A stretch of 64,000 bases of DNA from Synechococcus sp. Its GTDB lineage: Bacteria > Cyanobacteriota > Cyanobacteriia > Thermostichales > PCC-7336. The notes under the pieces were generated by a model. That model saw nothing but the letters and a program-made list of their open reading frames with translations, made no database searches and was not told the origin of the DNA. The stretch is taken from positions 62,123-126,122 of the forward strand of contig JBFRWN010000013.1 of assembly GCA_051439605.1 (NCBI GenBank). The letters are read 5' to 3'. Position 1 is the first letter of the stretch, and each line of letters begins with the position of its first letter. A program made the position numbers and the translations under genes. Positions 9,313 to 18,282 of this stretch are shown here, in pieces.

Positions 9313-11769
9313 GTGAAAATACTGCTCGTTGAAAACGATCCTCATCTTGCCGAGCGCTTGGAGAGAGCTCTGGCAAAAGAGAACTATGTAGTCGATTTGG
9401 CCCAAACAGCTGCCGAAGCAGAGGGGTTTGCGGACACGTTAGATTACGATCTGGTGCTGACAGAAGCTGACCAGACGCGGATTGATGGCATCATCCTTTG
9501 CAAACATCTGAGGGCACAGGGTAAACACATGCCCATCATGCTCTTGGTGGAGCGGGGGGATGGAGATCGGCAGGTGGTTGGGCTTGATGCAGGGGCTGAC
9601 GATTACGTGGTCAAACCCTGCGATATTCCGGAACTGTTGGCCCGCATTCGTGCCCTGCTTAGGCGAGGCAACACCACGTTGATGGAGGTGTTGGAGTGGC
9701 GCCAGCTGAGAATGGACACGGGTTCTTGCAAGGTAGCCTTTGGCAACCGATCCATCAATCTCACCCGCAAGGAATACGGCATTCTCGAACTGTTTATGCG
9801 CAACAGTCGCCGTATCTACAGCCAACAGGCTCTGCTCGATTTATTGTGGTCCTTTGAAGAGCCTCCGGGGGAAAACACGGTTCGCGCTCATATCAAAAGT
9901 TTGCGCCAAAAACTCAAGAAAGCGGGAGCCCCATCCGATTTCATCGAAACGGTATACGGCCTGGGATATCGACTACGGCAACCCTCAGAAGCAGAAGCCC
10001 GAGCCCCCTCCCCCGCAAATCAGTCCCCCTCATCAATCAATCCCAGCTCAACTGCTCCGTCCGCACCGTTGCCCTCACCTACGACCCAAGTTTCAACCTC
10101 AGAGCAGTTAGACCCCGAGTTGGCTGATATCTGGCAGCAAGCTAAAGCTCATATCCTGGAGCGACTAGCTACGATCCAGGCGGCGATCGCAGCCATAGAG
10201 ACTCAAACTCTAACCCAGCAACAACGCAAAGCTGCCCATCAACAGGCTCATACTTTGGTTGGATCCCTAGGGGCATTGGGGCTGCCCTACAGTTCTCAAT
10301 TGGTGCGCACTGTCCAGCAATGCCTTCACCCCGATCGCACTCTGGATACCGAAACAGTCAACACCCTCAAGTGCACCTTTGCAGACCTTAGCGCAGCCAT
10401 CGAGCGTGTTTCAATCAGTAACCCCCTCCAGTTAGATGTTGACAAGAATCGAGAGGTGACTTCAAGCCAAGTCTCTCCAACTCATGGCTCCTTGAACAAC
10501 CGGCAGGAGGTCCAATCATCTGTCTTTTCCCCACTACCTAAACCCCCAAACGGCGGCCATCAGCTGCTGATTGTTGATGACGATCTAGACTTAGCTGCAC
10601 TCGTGAGCCTAGAAGCTGGGGGGTGGGGCATCCAAACGCGAACAGCCAACAGCATTGCTGAGGCGCGCGCTGCAATTGCCACCCAAACTCCCGATGTCAT
10701 TCTGTTGGATCTGGGTTTTCCCGACACGGCTGAATCGGGTTTTACCCTCCTAGAGGAGTTGGTTACCCGTGCTGCACAAATACCCGTATTGGTATTTACT
10801 GCGGCTGAAGATTTCATTACCCGCGTCAAGGTGGCCCGCTTAGGGGGCCAAGCATTCCTCCAAAAGCCCATCCGTCCCCGGCAAGTCCTAGAGGCGGTCA
10901 CCCAAATTCTGGATCGTCAAGAGGAGGCCGATGCAACAATTGTGGTGGTGGACACCGATCCTCAAACTCTTGATAGCATCCGCACTCTACTTCAACCCTG
11001 GGGATTTCAGTTAATACTGTTGGACGATCCCAGGGAATTTTGGGACACGCTGGTGGCTGTTGGTCCCGACCTACTCATTTTGGCCAGTCAGATGCCCGAG
11101 ATTGGTGGAATTGACTTATGTCAAGTGGTTCGTAACGATCCACAGTGGGGGGGGGTGCCCGTTCTGTTTTTAGCAGAGAACATCAGTGCCGCTGAGACTA
11201 ACATTCTCTTTGCTGCGGGGGGAAGCGACTACATCCGCAAACCTATTGCTGAATCCGAACTGGTGGCTCGCGTTCTATCTCAACTGGAACGCACCTCCGT
11301 ACATTCCTATCGCGATAGCCTGGATCCTTTCACAGGTGTGATGGGTAGGCGGCGAGCAATCCGAGAATTTTCTCGCCTGATTTATTTAGCCAGTCGACAC
11401 CATCACCCCCTTACCCTTGCCGTTGTAAAGATTAATAATTTCAAAGACATCGAGCAACAGTATGGCCGCAGTATAAGTCATCAAATTCTAAAAAGGTTGG
11501 CCGAAGAGCTGCAGAGCAGTTTCAGACAGGGGGATATTGTTGCTCGATGGGACACGAACCAGTTTGCAGTGTGTACGTACGATATGGACCGGTTCAACGG
11601 AATTCGTCGTATGTCCTCTATCTTGGGACGACTGCAATTACAGGAATTTCGCGATCGAGAAGAAAGATTCAAAATAGAGCTTAGCTGCGGAATTGCTGAA
11701 TATGGGGAAAGCAGCCAAGACCTCTACGGTCTTTTTCGAGCTGCTAGCCAATCCCTCGCCTCAGTCTAA
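9313..11769 (+). CDS. RcaC-like multi-domain response regulator (REC-wHTH-Hpt-REC-REC-degenerate GGDEF)
   Basis: GADDYVVKP, IETVYGLGYRL, AHTLVGSLG (Hpt), two further REC domains and a GGDEF-like C-terminus. Confidence 0.85.
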   Translation: MKILLVENDPHLAERLERALAKENYVVDLAQTAAEAEGFADTLDYDLVLTEADQTRIDGIILCKHLRAQGKHMPIMLLVERGDGDRQVVGLDAGADDYVVKPCDIPELLARIRALLRRGNTTLMEVLEWRQLRMDTGSCKVAFGNRSINLTRKEYGILELFMRNSRRIYSQQALLDLLWSFEEPPGENTVRAHIKSLRQKLKKAGAPSDFIETVYGLGYRLRQPSEAEARAPSPANQSPSSINPSSTAPSAPLPSPTTQVSTSEQLDPELADIWQQAKAHILERLATIQAAIAAIETQTLTQQQRKAAHQQAHTLVGSLGALGLPYSSQLVRTVQQCLHPDRTLDTETVNTLKCTFADLSAAIERVSISNPLQLDVDKNREVTSSQVSPTHGSLNNRQEVQSSVFSPLPKPPNGGHQLLIVDDDLDLAALVSLEAGGWGIQTRTANSIAEARAAIATQTPDVILLDLGFPDTAESGFTLLEELVTRAAQIPVLVFTAAEDFITRVKVARLGGQAFLQKPIRPRQVLEAVTQILDRQEEADATIVVVDTDPQTLDSIRTLLQPWGFQLILLDDPREFWDTLVAVGPDLLILASQMPEIGGIDLCQVVRNDPQWGGVPVLFLAENISAAETNILFAAGGSDYIRKPIAESELVARVLSQLERTSVHSYRDSLDPFTGVMGRRRAIREFSRLIYLASRHHHPLTLAVVKINNFKDIEQQYGRSISHQILKRLAEELQSSFRQGDIVARWDTNQFAVCTYDMDRFNGIRRMSSILGRLQLQEFRDREERFKIELSCGIAEYGESSQDLYGLFRAASQSLASV

Positions 11770-11863
11770 GTAGCCAACAAACCTAAGACTAAAAGCTCAA
11801 CATGGCCAACGAGGGAAAGAAACATGCCTGCTGAAAGAAGTTTTTGCCTGATATCGAACAACC

Positions 11864-11918
11864 ACGACAATGTGTCGTAGAATTCTACCCAGAGAGTTCT
11901 TTGACCGATCTAGTCAAA
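11864..11918 (+). promoter_or_regulatory. Palindromic operator candidates and -10 box upstream of petE
   Basis: ACGACA-ATG-TGTCGT (11864-11878) overlaps TAGAAT; TTTGAC-N7-GTCAAA at 11900-11918. Confidence 0.45.
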
Positions 11919-12027
11919 ATATCTTTCCACCTTTTCTGAAGGCTGTTGAGCTGATGGGCTTTGACTTGTCACTCCTTTTTAAGCCTTTTGATATGCAACC
12001 GTCAGTTTCGATCTTCAAGAGAACGTA

Positions 12028-12420
12028 ATGAAATCTATGTTGTCCTTTGTTCGTCGCCTGGGCGCCCTAGTTGCAGCCGTTGCTTTGGTTGCAACCTCTA
12101 TTTTGGCTCAGCCGGCAGCTGCAGAAACCTACACCGTTAAAATGGGTGCTGACAATGGCATGTTGGTATTTGACCCCAGCACTCTCACCATTAAGTCTGG
12201 TGATACCGTAAAGTGGGTCAACAACAAGGCTTTCCCCCACAACGTCGTGTTTGAAGCTAGCGCTCCCGAGTCCGTTCAGAAGCACTCTCACAAGCAGCTA
12301 GCTGCAGCTCCGGGTCAGGAATTCGTCGAAACCTTCGATGGTGTTGAGCCCGGTACCTATACCTACTACTGCGTTCCCCATCGCGGTGCTGGCATGGTCG
12401 GTAAGATTATCGTTGAGTAG
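12028..12420 (+). CDS. petE: Plastocyanin
   Basis: Signal peptide, [19 protein letters not shown] copper ligands. Confidence 0.97.
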   Translation: MKSMLSFVRRLGALVAAVALVATSILAQPAAAETYTVKMGADNGMLVFDPSTLTIKSGDTVKWVNNKAFPHNVVFEASAPESVQKHSHKQLAAAPGQEFVETFDGVEPGTYTYYCVPHRGAGMVGKIIVE

Positions 12421-12515
12421 CCTGACACTCAATTCCATCGCTAGCTTTGCAGACTCTGTCGATCCTCTAAAAGGAGGATATGTGTACCTTACAAGCTGAT
12501 TAACGACATTTTGAT

Positions 12516-12553
12516 AGTAAAGGCAGGCCATTTAGACCTGCCTTTACTTTTTT
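12516..12553 (+). terminator. Intrinsic terminator after petE
   Basis: AGTAAAGGCAGG...CCTGCCTTTACT stem followed by a T tract. Confidence 0.8.
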
Positions 12554-12751
12554 AGTTTTATTGTTGAAAATTTCAATCTTTTCGAGGAATAGCCCCAAAA
12601 GGATGTAAGCCTGTCCCCTCGATGACCACAGGTCAGGCATACAATAAACTTAGCGCGGAAGGAAATTGTGGGTTTTCGCAGGAATTGCTTCCTGTTAGTC
12701 GGCATCTTGACCTGAAGCGTATGCCAGCTAAGTTATTTCAAAGGAACACCT

Positions 12752-13960
12752 ATGAGAGGCGGGCTCCGCATCGGAAGCCTTTTCGGCATTCCCCTATACA
12801 TCAACTACACCTGGTTTTTTATTGTGGCGTTGTTGACTTTGTCGGATGCCATCAATCTCAGCCAAATCTATCCCGATTGGTCCATTGCTGCGACTACTTT
12901 GGTGGGTTTAGCAACCTCCTTGGGTCTATTTGGATCGGTTCTAGCCCACGAACTTGCCCATAGCTTGGTGGCTCAATCCCTGGGGATTTCTGTCAAGTCG
13001 ATCACTCTATTTATTTTTGGGGGAATGGCCACCATCGAGCGGGAGGCCAACGACCCTTGGTCAGCTTTGAAAGTGGCGATCGCCGGTCCACTCCTTAGCT
13101 TTTCCCTTTTTCTCTCCCTCAAAGGAGTTCAACTGTCCCATTGGTTGGATGGAAATATTGCCTTGGGTATGTGGGTGTCCACCATTGCTTGGGCCAATCT
13201 AATTCTTGCCTTGTTCAATCTCATTCCTGGTTTGCCATTGGATGGCGGACAAATTTTGAAAGCACTCATTTGGGCCAAAACGGGTAGTCGGCAATCTGGT
13301 TTAAAGTGGGCAGCCCGTTCGGGTCAGTTTTTGGGGTGGGGGGCAATCGGTTGGGGATTGTTGATTACATTCCAAGAAGGAATTTTTTCTGGGATGTGGA
13401 TTGGTTTGATTGGTCTGTTTGTCCTCAACAGTGCCCGCCGCTATTCCCAATATCTACAGCTTGTTCAAGTGCTGTCCTCTCTGTCCGTTAAAGACGTTAT
13501 GAGCCGAAACTTTCGCGTTGTGGATGTAGAGATGTCCCTGCGAGAATTTGCAGAACGCTATTTATTATTAGCGGATGAGCGGGAGGTTTACTTCGCTGAT
13601 TGTGATGGTCGATACAAGGGCCTTGTTCAGCAAGAAGCAATGCGCTCAATTGAGCGTAGCCGCTGGGATGGTGATAACTTGTACGCTATTCTCACTCCGA
13701 TGGGGGAGCTAGAGGGGGTGCAAGAGGAAATGACACTCCCAGAAGCAATTCGCCTGCTGAAGCAGGATGGTTGTAGTTGGATTCCTGTTTTCACTCCAAC
13801 GGGAGCGATTGCAGGCACCATCGACAAACGCGATGTAGTGCGCAGCTTGGGAGAGCGTTTGGGCATTTCCCTCTCCCCCGAGTTACTTAAGCAAGTGAAC
13901 GATACCAACGAATTTCCAGCTGGTTTCCCTATCGATCTTGAAATGGATGCCGTGGATTAG
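12752..13960 (+). CDS. Site-2 protease (M50) with CBS domains
   Basis: HELAH, AGP, FNLIPGLPLDGG; C-terminal CBS pair. Confidence 0.92.
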   Translation: MRGGLRIGSLFGIPLYINYTWFFIVALLTLSDAINLSQIYPDWSIAATTLVGLATSLGLFGSVLAHELAHSLVAQSLGISVKSITLFIFGGMATIEREANDPWSALKVAIAGPLLSFSLFLSLKGVQLSHWLDGNIALGMWVSTIAWANLILALFNLIPGLPLDGGQILKALIWAKTGSRQSGLKWAARSGQFLGWGAIGWGLLITFQEGIFSGMWIGLIGLFVLNSARRYSQYLQLVQVLSSLSVKDVMSRNFRVVDVEMSLREFAERYLLLADEREVYFADCDGRYKGLVQQEAMRSIERSRWDGDNLYAILTPMGELEGVQEEMTLPEAIRLLKQDGCSWIPVFTPTGAIAGTIDKRDVVRSLGERLGISLSPELLKQVNDTNEFPAGFPIDLEMDAVD

Positions 13961-14138
13961 CTACATTCCTCAGGTCTGCTTGGCAGTCGGTCTTCTTACC
14001 TGCAAGACATGTCTGATTGAGCCGCAGGCATACTCCAAATTATTGGAGAGCTTTCAAGATTCAATACAATTTCTAGCGACCATCACCTACTATATGTAGA
14101 GCTTTACAACTTATATTCTCTTTACCAAGCACTATTTC

Positions 14139-16049
14139 TTGTTCGGTACACTGGAAGCATCTATTCTTCACCATTGCCGGATCGATATTGCCGTGGATGA
14201 CTCTAGAGATAGCTCGGGCCCCTCTGACACCTGCAACGATTCTACTTGCCCCACTTCACCTTCCGATCTCCATCTCAAGCGACGCTTGTTGGTGTCTGGA
14301 ATGATTTTCTTTGTGGGTTTCGCTATTGCAGCAGCCCGTATGGTGGAACTGCAGGTGATACAACGACAATACTGGCAGGAGAGAGCCGGACGACAACAAA
14401 ATATTTCCATTCGCATGCCCAGATTTCGTCGCACGGTTGTCGATCGCCATTCAGTATTCAGTCCCCATTCAGAAATCTTGGCAATCGATCGACTCACCTA
14501 TCAATTGTGGAGTCGTCCGTCCCTCTATGTCGATAATGAAACCTATTCCTCCAAGCAGATTTTGATGGAGGCATTATCTCCCTTTCTTGAAACCTCCCCA
14601 GCTGAATTACGGAAACTTTTGGACCGTCCTCAATCTACTCTGCTGGGAGAGAAATTATCCGAAAGCGAAGCACAGCGAATCAAGACAGCAGTCGGCCATG
14701 TCAACGGTGTGGAACTGACGCCCATCATCGAGCGCAAATACCCACAAGGTTCAGATGCGGCAGAGGTGGTGGGCTACGTCAGACTGGATCTCGAACGACG
14801 CGGCCAGGCTGGAGTTGAATTGGCTTGGCAAGACATTTTGGAGTTACAGCCCGCAGAATCCTTGACTGTGACAACTGATGCCAGCCGGAATGTCTTGGCC
14901 GATGCTGCGCAGACCCCCATGATGATTACTGACGAGCAGGCTTTGCAGTTAACGCTGGATATGAGACTGCAGCGGACAGCACGGGAGGCTTTACGAGATG
15001 CCTATGACAAATTTGGCGCAAAGCGGGGGGCTGCAATTGTACTGAACCCCCATACCGGTGAAATTCTAGCAATGGCCAGCGAGCCCACTTACGATCCCAA
15101 TTATTTTTACCGTACAAAAGAAGAGGACTTTCATTTTTTTCGCAATTGGGCGGTAAGCGACCTCTACGAACCAGGCTCGACGTTTAAACCCATTACGGTT
15201 GCTCTAGCTCTCGAAGCGGGGGCGATTTCAGCCCGCGATTTTGTCGACGATGCTGGTCGCTTAATCGTAGGGGGGTGGCCCATTCATAATTACGACTATG
15301 CAGTCCGAGGGGCTCCCGGTCCGATTTCTATTAGCGAAGTTCTGCAGCGTTCGAGCAATGTCGGCACCATCCGGATTGTCGAACGATTGGGTCGGAGGGG
15401 GTTTTACGCTGGGTTACGTGATATGGGGCTTGGGGGACGCAGTAATATTGATTTACCTTTTGAACCCAACAGCAGCTTAAAAAATCGCTGGCAGTTTCTC
15501 AGCTATCGGGTGGAGGCGGCCACCACAGGATTCGGTCAGGGGGTTTCAGTCACCCCCCTTCAGTTGGCCCAATTGCATGCAGCGATCGCCAATGGAGGCT
15601 ATGTAGTGACACCTCATGTCGTCCAAGGATTGGTCGATCTCGATAGCGATCGTCTCGAACGATTTACGCAGCCCGGTCGAGAAAGGGTTCTATCCCCCGA
15701 AACAACACGGGCCGTTCGGGAAATGATGTTAGACGTGGTGGAATTGGGAACTGGCCAAACCGTCGCTATTCCCGGCTATGACATTGCTGGAAAGACCGGT
15801 ACCGCTCAGAAAGCCAACCCCAATGGCGGAGGATATCTTCCCCCCAGCGAGCGTATCACGAGTTTTGTGGGGTATTTCCCTGCGCTTGAGCCGCAATACG
15901 TCATCCTGGCAGTGGTGGATAACCCTAAGGGTGACAATGCCTTCGGATCTACCGTCGCGGCTCCGATCGTCAAAACCATTATTGAGGACATTGTGGCGAG
16001 GGAGGTGCTGCAACCCAAGGTGCACGCAGCGGTCGATCCAGATGAGTAA
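14139..16049 (+). CDS. ftsI: Class B penicillin-binding protein (FtsI/PBP3-like)
   Basis: TM anchor; EPGSTFK, SSN and GKTGT motifs; true start probably downstream. Confidence 0.85.
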   Translation: MFGTLEASILHHCRIDIAVDDSRDSSGPSDTCNDSTCPTSPSDLHLKRRLLVSGMIFFVGFAIAAARMVELQVIQRQYWQERAGRQQNISIRMPRFRRTVVDRHSVFSPHSEILAIDRLTYQLWSRPSLYVDNETYSSKQILMEALSPFLETSPAELRKLLDRPQSTLLGEKLSESEAQRIKTAVGHVNGVELTPIIERKYPQGSDAAEVVGYVRLDLERRGQAGVELAWQDILELQPAESLTVTTDASRNVLADAAQTPMMITDEQALQLTLDMRLQRTAREALRDAYDKFGAKRGAAIVLNPHTGEILAMASEPTYDPNYFYRTKEEDFHFFRNWAVSDLYEPGSTFKPITVALALEAGAISARDFVDDAGRLIVGGWPIHNYDYAVRGAPGPISISEVLQRSSNVGTIRIVERLGRRGFYAGLRDMGLGGRSNIDLPFEPNSSLKNRWQFLSYRVEAATTGFGQGVSVTPLQLAQLHAAIANGGYVVTPHVVQGLVDLDSDRLERFTQPGRERVLSPETTRAVREMMLDVVELGTGQTVAIPGYDIAGKTGTAQKANPNGGGYLPPSERITSFVGYFPALEPQYVILAVVDNPKGDNAFGSTVAAPIVKTIIEDIVAREVLQPKVHAAVDPDE

Positions 16050-16117
16050 CTGGGTGGGCTAACAGATGGTCTTTTCGCCTCATCCTTAAGCATCGGAGTT
16101 TCCACAGTCACTTGGGC

Positions 16118-17638
16118 CTAGGTAGAGCTGCTATGGCCGCCCACATGTAACGTCTTAACCCACCTCATTTGCTTAGCTCGTACGCACATCTTGGCGGTGG
16201 TGAGAATCATCACCGGAATCCAATGGAACATGTAGACAGTTCCCATCAGGGTTTTACTCAGTAATGCCACTCCGGTGATTTGATGATGAGTATAGAGACC
16301 TCGGGCCATGCTAATGGCACTAAACAGCACAATGACAAGACTCAGAGGCCATAGAACAAATTCATGGCTGTAGAGGGACGCCATCACAAAATCTGGCACT
16401 GCCGCCATGGGCAGGAGATACTGAATCAGGAAAAAGATGGCCAAGTCGAGAGTTTTAGCGTTGCCCAAACGATTCCTGAGGATTCCAGGCCAGTAGTCTA
16501 GGTAGCGCTGATATCCCCCCTCTGCCCAACGAGTACGCTGTGGCCAGAGGTTGGACCACCTCAAGACCCCTTCCTCCTGAACTGCAGGACTTGCTAAATA
16601 GGCAACATCCTGTTGCAAGAGATGCAGTCTGAAGGTGAGATCGAGGTCGTCGGTAATGGTAGCCTCATTCCAGCCTTTGACTTTTTCCAGCGCCACTCGC
16701 CTCAAGAGTTGTCCGTTTCCGCGGAGCTCGCCAACCCCCCCAATGGCCCGCCTCTGCTGCTGAAAATAACTGTCCAGGGCCATTTCTGCCACCTGGTTGC
16801 CTGTCCAAAAGTTGTTGCTGCCGTTGGCGATCGCCTTACGCACCTGCAAGGCTGCCACTTCGGGTTTCTCTTGGAATATAGCCAGCGAACGACGTAAAAA
16901 GTCGGGGGGAATCGTTGCATCTGCATCGAGCACCCCAATAATTTCTCCAAACGTGAGGGGGAACACCTCGTTTAAGGCACCGGACTTTCCACCACCTGCT
17001 CCTTGCGATCGTTGATAAATGCGTAGCTGCGGAAAATCCTTTTGCCACTGTTTGACAACCGCAAAGGTTTCATCTGTACTTGCGTCGTCAACGATCCACA
17101 CCTCGAACAGCTCGCTTGGATAGTCGAGAGCCTGCAAGCTAGCGAGTAATCCGGGAATTACCAGCGCTTCATTTTTGGCTGGAATCATTAGCGAGACCAG
17201 CGGCAGAGTTGAGGCCTCGTGGGTACGTGCTGCAACAGAGTCAGGTATTAAGCTAGGGGATAGGCCATCGGGAGAGCCTTGATGAGCCCTTTCCGCAGCA
17301 TGGCTCGCAGCATCAGTAGCACCCGCCGATGAACTTATACTGTTCTGCCGATCGAGCAGCGGGGGAGCCGGGAATGGGTCTGCTGTCGTTAGGCGTCCTG
17401 CATAGACCACCATCCCTGCCGCAAGACCTAAGATAACCCAGCGGGTTTCCGGCACTAAATGCAGGGTAACCACAGCGAGCCAAACACAAACCAGTACCAA
17501 ACTAGCCTTTACACGCCTCCGCTCGGACAGGATAAGGGGGGGACTCACATCAATAGCGTCAATGTCGGATCGAAGAGTGGTCTGGCTCAACACGAATGAA
17601 ATAACTCCAACGCTTGGTAAGAGGCAAATCCGCCCCAA
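16118..17638 (-). CDS. mgdA: Monoglucosyldiacylglycerol synthase (GT2)
   Basis: GGKSGALN, DADA, GELRGNGQ, TDDLDL and QRTRWAEGGYQRYLDYW motifs; start uncertain. Confidence 0.88.
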   Translation of the reverse strand: MGRICLLPSVGVISFVLSQTTLRSDIDAIDVSPPLILSERRRVKASLVLVCVWLAVVTLHLVPETRWVILGLAAGMVVYAGRLTTADPFPAPPLLDRQNSISSSAGATDAASHAAERAHQGSPDGLSPSLIPDSVAARTHEASTLPLVSLMIPAKNEALVIPGLLASLQALDYPSELFEVWIVDDASTDETFAVVKQWQKDFPQLRIYQRSQGAGGGKSGALNEVFPLTFGEIIGVLDADATIPPDFLRRSLAIFQEKPEVAALQVRKAIANGSNNFWTGNQVAEMALDSYFQQQRRAIGGVGELRGNGQLLRRVALEKVKGWNEATITDDLDLTFRLHLLQQDVAYLASPAVQEEGVLRWSNLWPQRTRWAEGGYQRYLDYWPGILRNRLGNAKTLDLAIFFLIQYLLPMAAVPDFVMASLYSHEFVLWPLSLVIVLFSAISMARGLYTHHQITGVALLSKTLMGTVYMFHWIPVMILTTAKMCVRAKQMRWVKTLHVGGHSSST

Positions 17639-17674
17639 CTACAGTTTAAGGATGACACAGTGTTGAAAAGCAAT

Positions 17675-17707
17675 CAGGGTCGATACACTTGTTCTGCATC
17701 GACCCTG
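17675..17707 (-). terminator. Hairpin downstream of the YlqD gene
   Basis: CAGGGTCGAT...ATCGACCCTG inverted repeat. Confidence 0.5.
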
Positions 17708-17759
17708 GCGCTTGTACCAATTGAACGAATCTGTGTCCGATTCCTGAAGCGGAACTTAT

Positions 17760-18221
17760 TTATCCTAGATTGCCGCGAATTTCCTTGATGACATCATCCT
17801 CAAGGACAATCTCTACTCTGAGTTTTTCCCCCAGATTGTCCCCTGGGGACACTCGGCAGAAACTATCTAAATTCGTTTGCAGAGTGACTTCTTGATTGAG
17901 CTCCATGTTGCTAATCTGATTGAGCTGCTGCAGTAGAGCGTTCTTTTGGTTGAGTAGTTTTGACTTTTGGGTGTTGACCTGAGCCTTAACGGAGGCAATC
18001 TGCTGACTCGCTTCAGGGCCAGCAGGCTGGACAGTTTTCTTTTCAATTTCAGCGATCGCGCGTTTACCCTGAAATTCTAACTGTTGCAGTTGATTATCTA
18101 AGTTTTGAACCTGCGTTTGAACCTGCTCCTGGGTTTTGACTTTAAAAGCATCAGTCACTACGGCTTTGACGATCACACTCCGCTTGAGTAGCAGGGATGG
18201 TGTTGGGGTATTGTCGTCCAT
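17760..18221 (-). CDS. YlqD family protein
   Basis: LLLKRSVIVKAVVT, coiled coil, C-terminal IKEIRG; typical neighbour of aas. Confidence 0.85.
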   Translation of the reverse strand: MDDNTPTPSLLLKRSVIVKAVVTDAFKVKTQEQVQTQVQNLDNQLQQLEFQGKRAIAEIEKKTVQPAGPEASQQIASVKAQVNTQKSKLLNQKNALLQQLNQISNMELNQEVTLQTNLDSFCRVSPGDNLGEKLRVEIVLEDDVIKEIRGNLG

Positions 18222-18282
18222 GTATTGCGTAAAGGTATCCAAGGCTACAAAACAGATCTTAAGAGGTCCTAACTAGACTACC

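Noticed and set aside
11147..11155. G9 tract in the RcaC-like gene as a phase-variation switch
   Set aside because: In frame (Trp-Gly-Gly-Val); no evidence of length variation from a single sequence
12468..12503. Strong AAAGGAGG followed by a 7-codon ORF after petE
   Set aside because: Spacing to ATG is only 2 nt and the motif is part of a small hairpin (TCCTC/GAGGA); no support for translation
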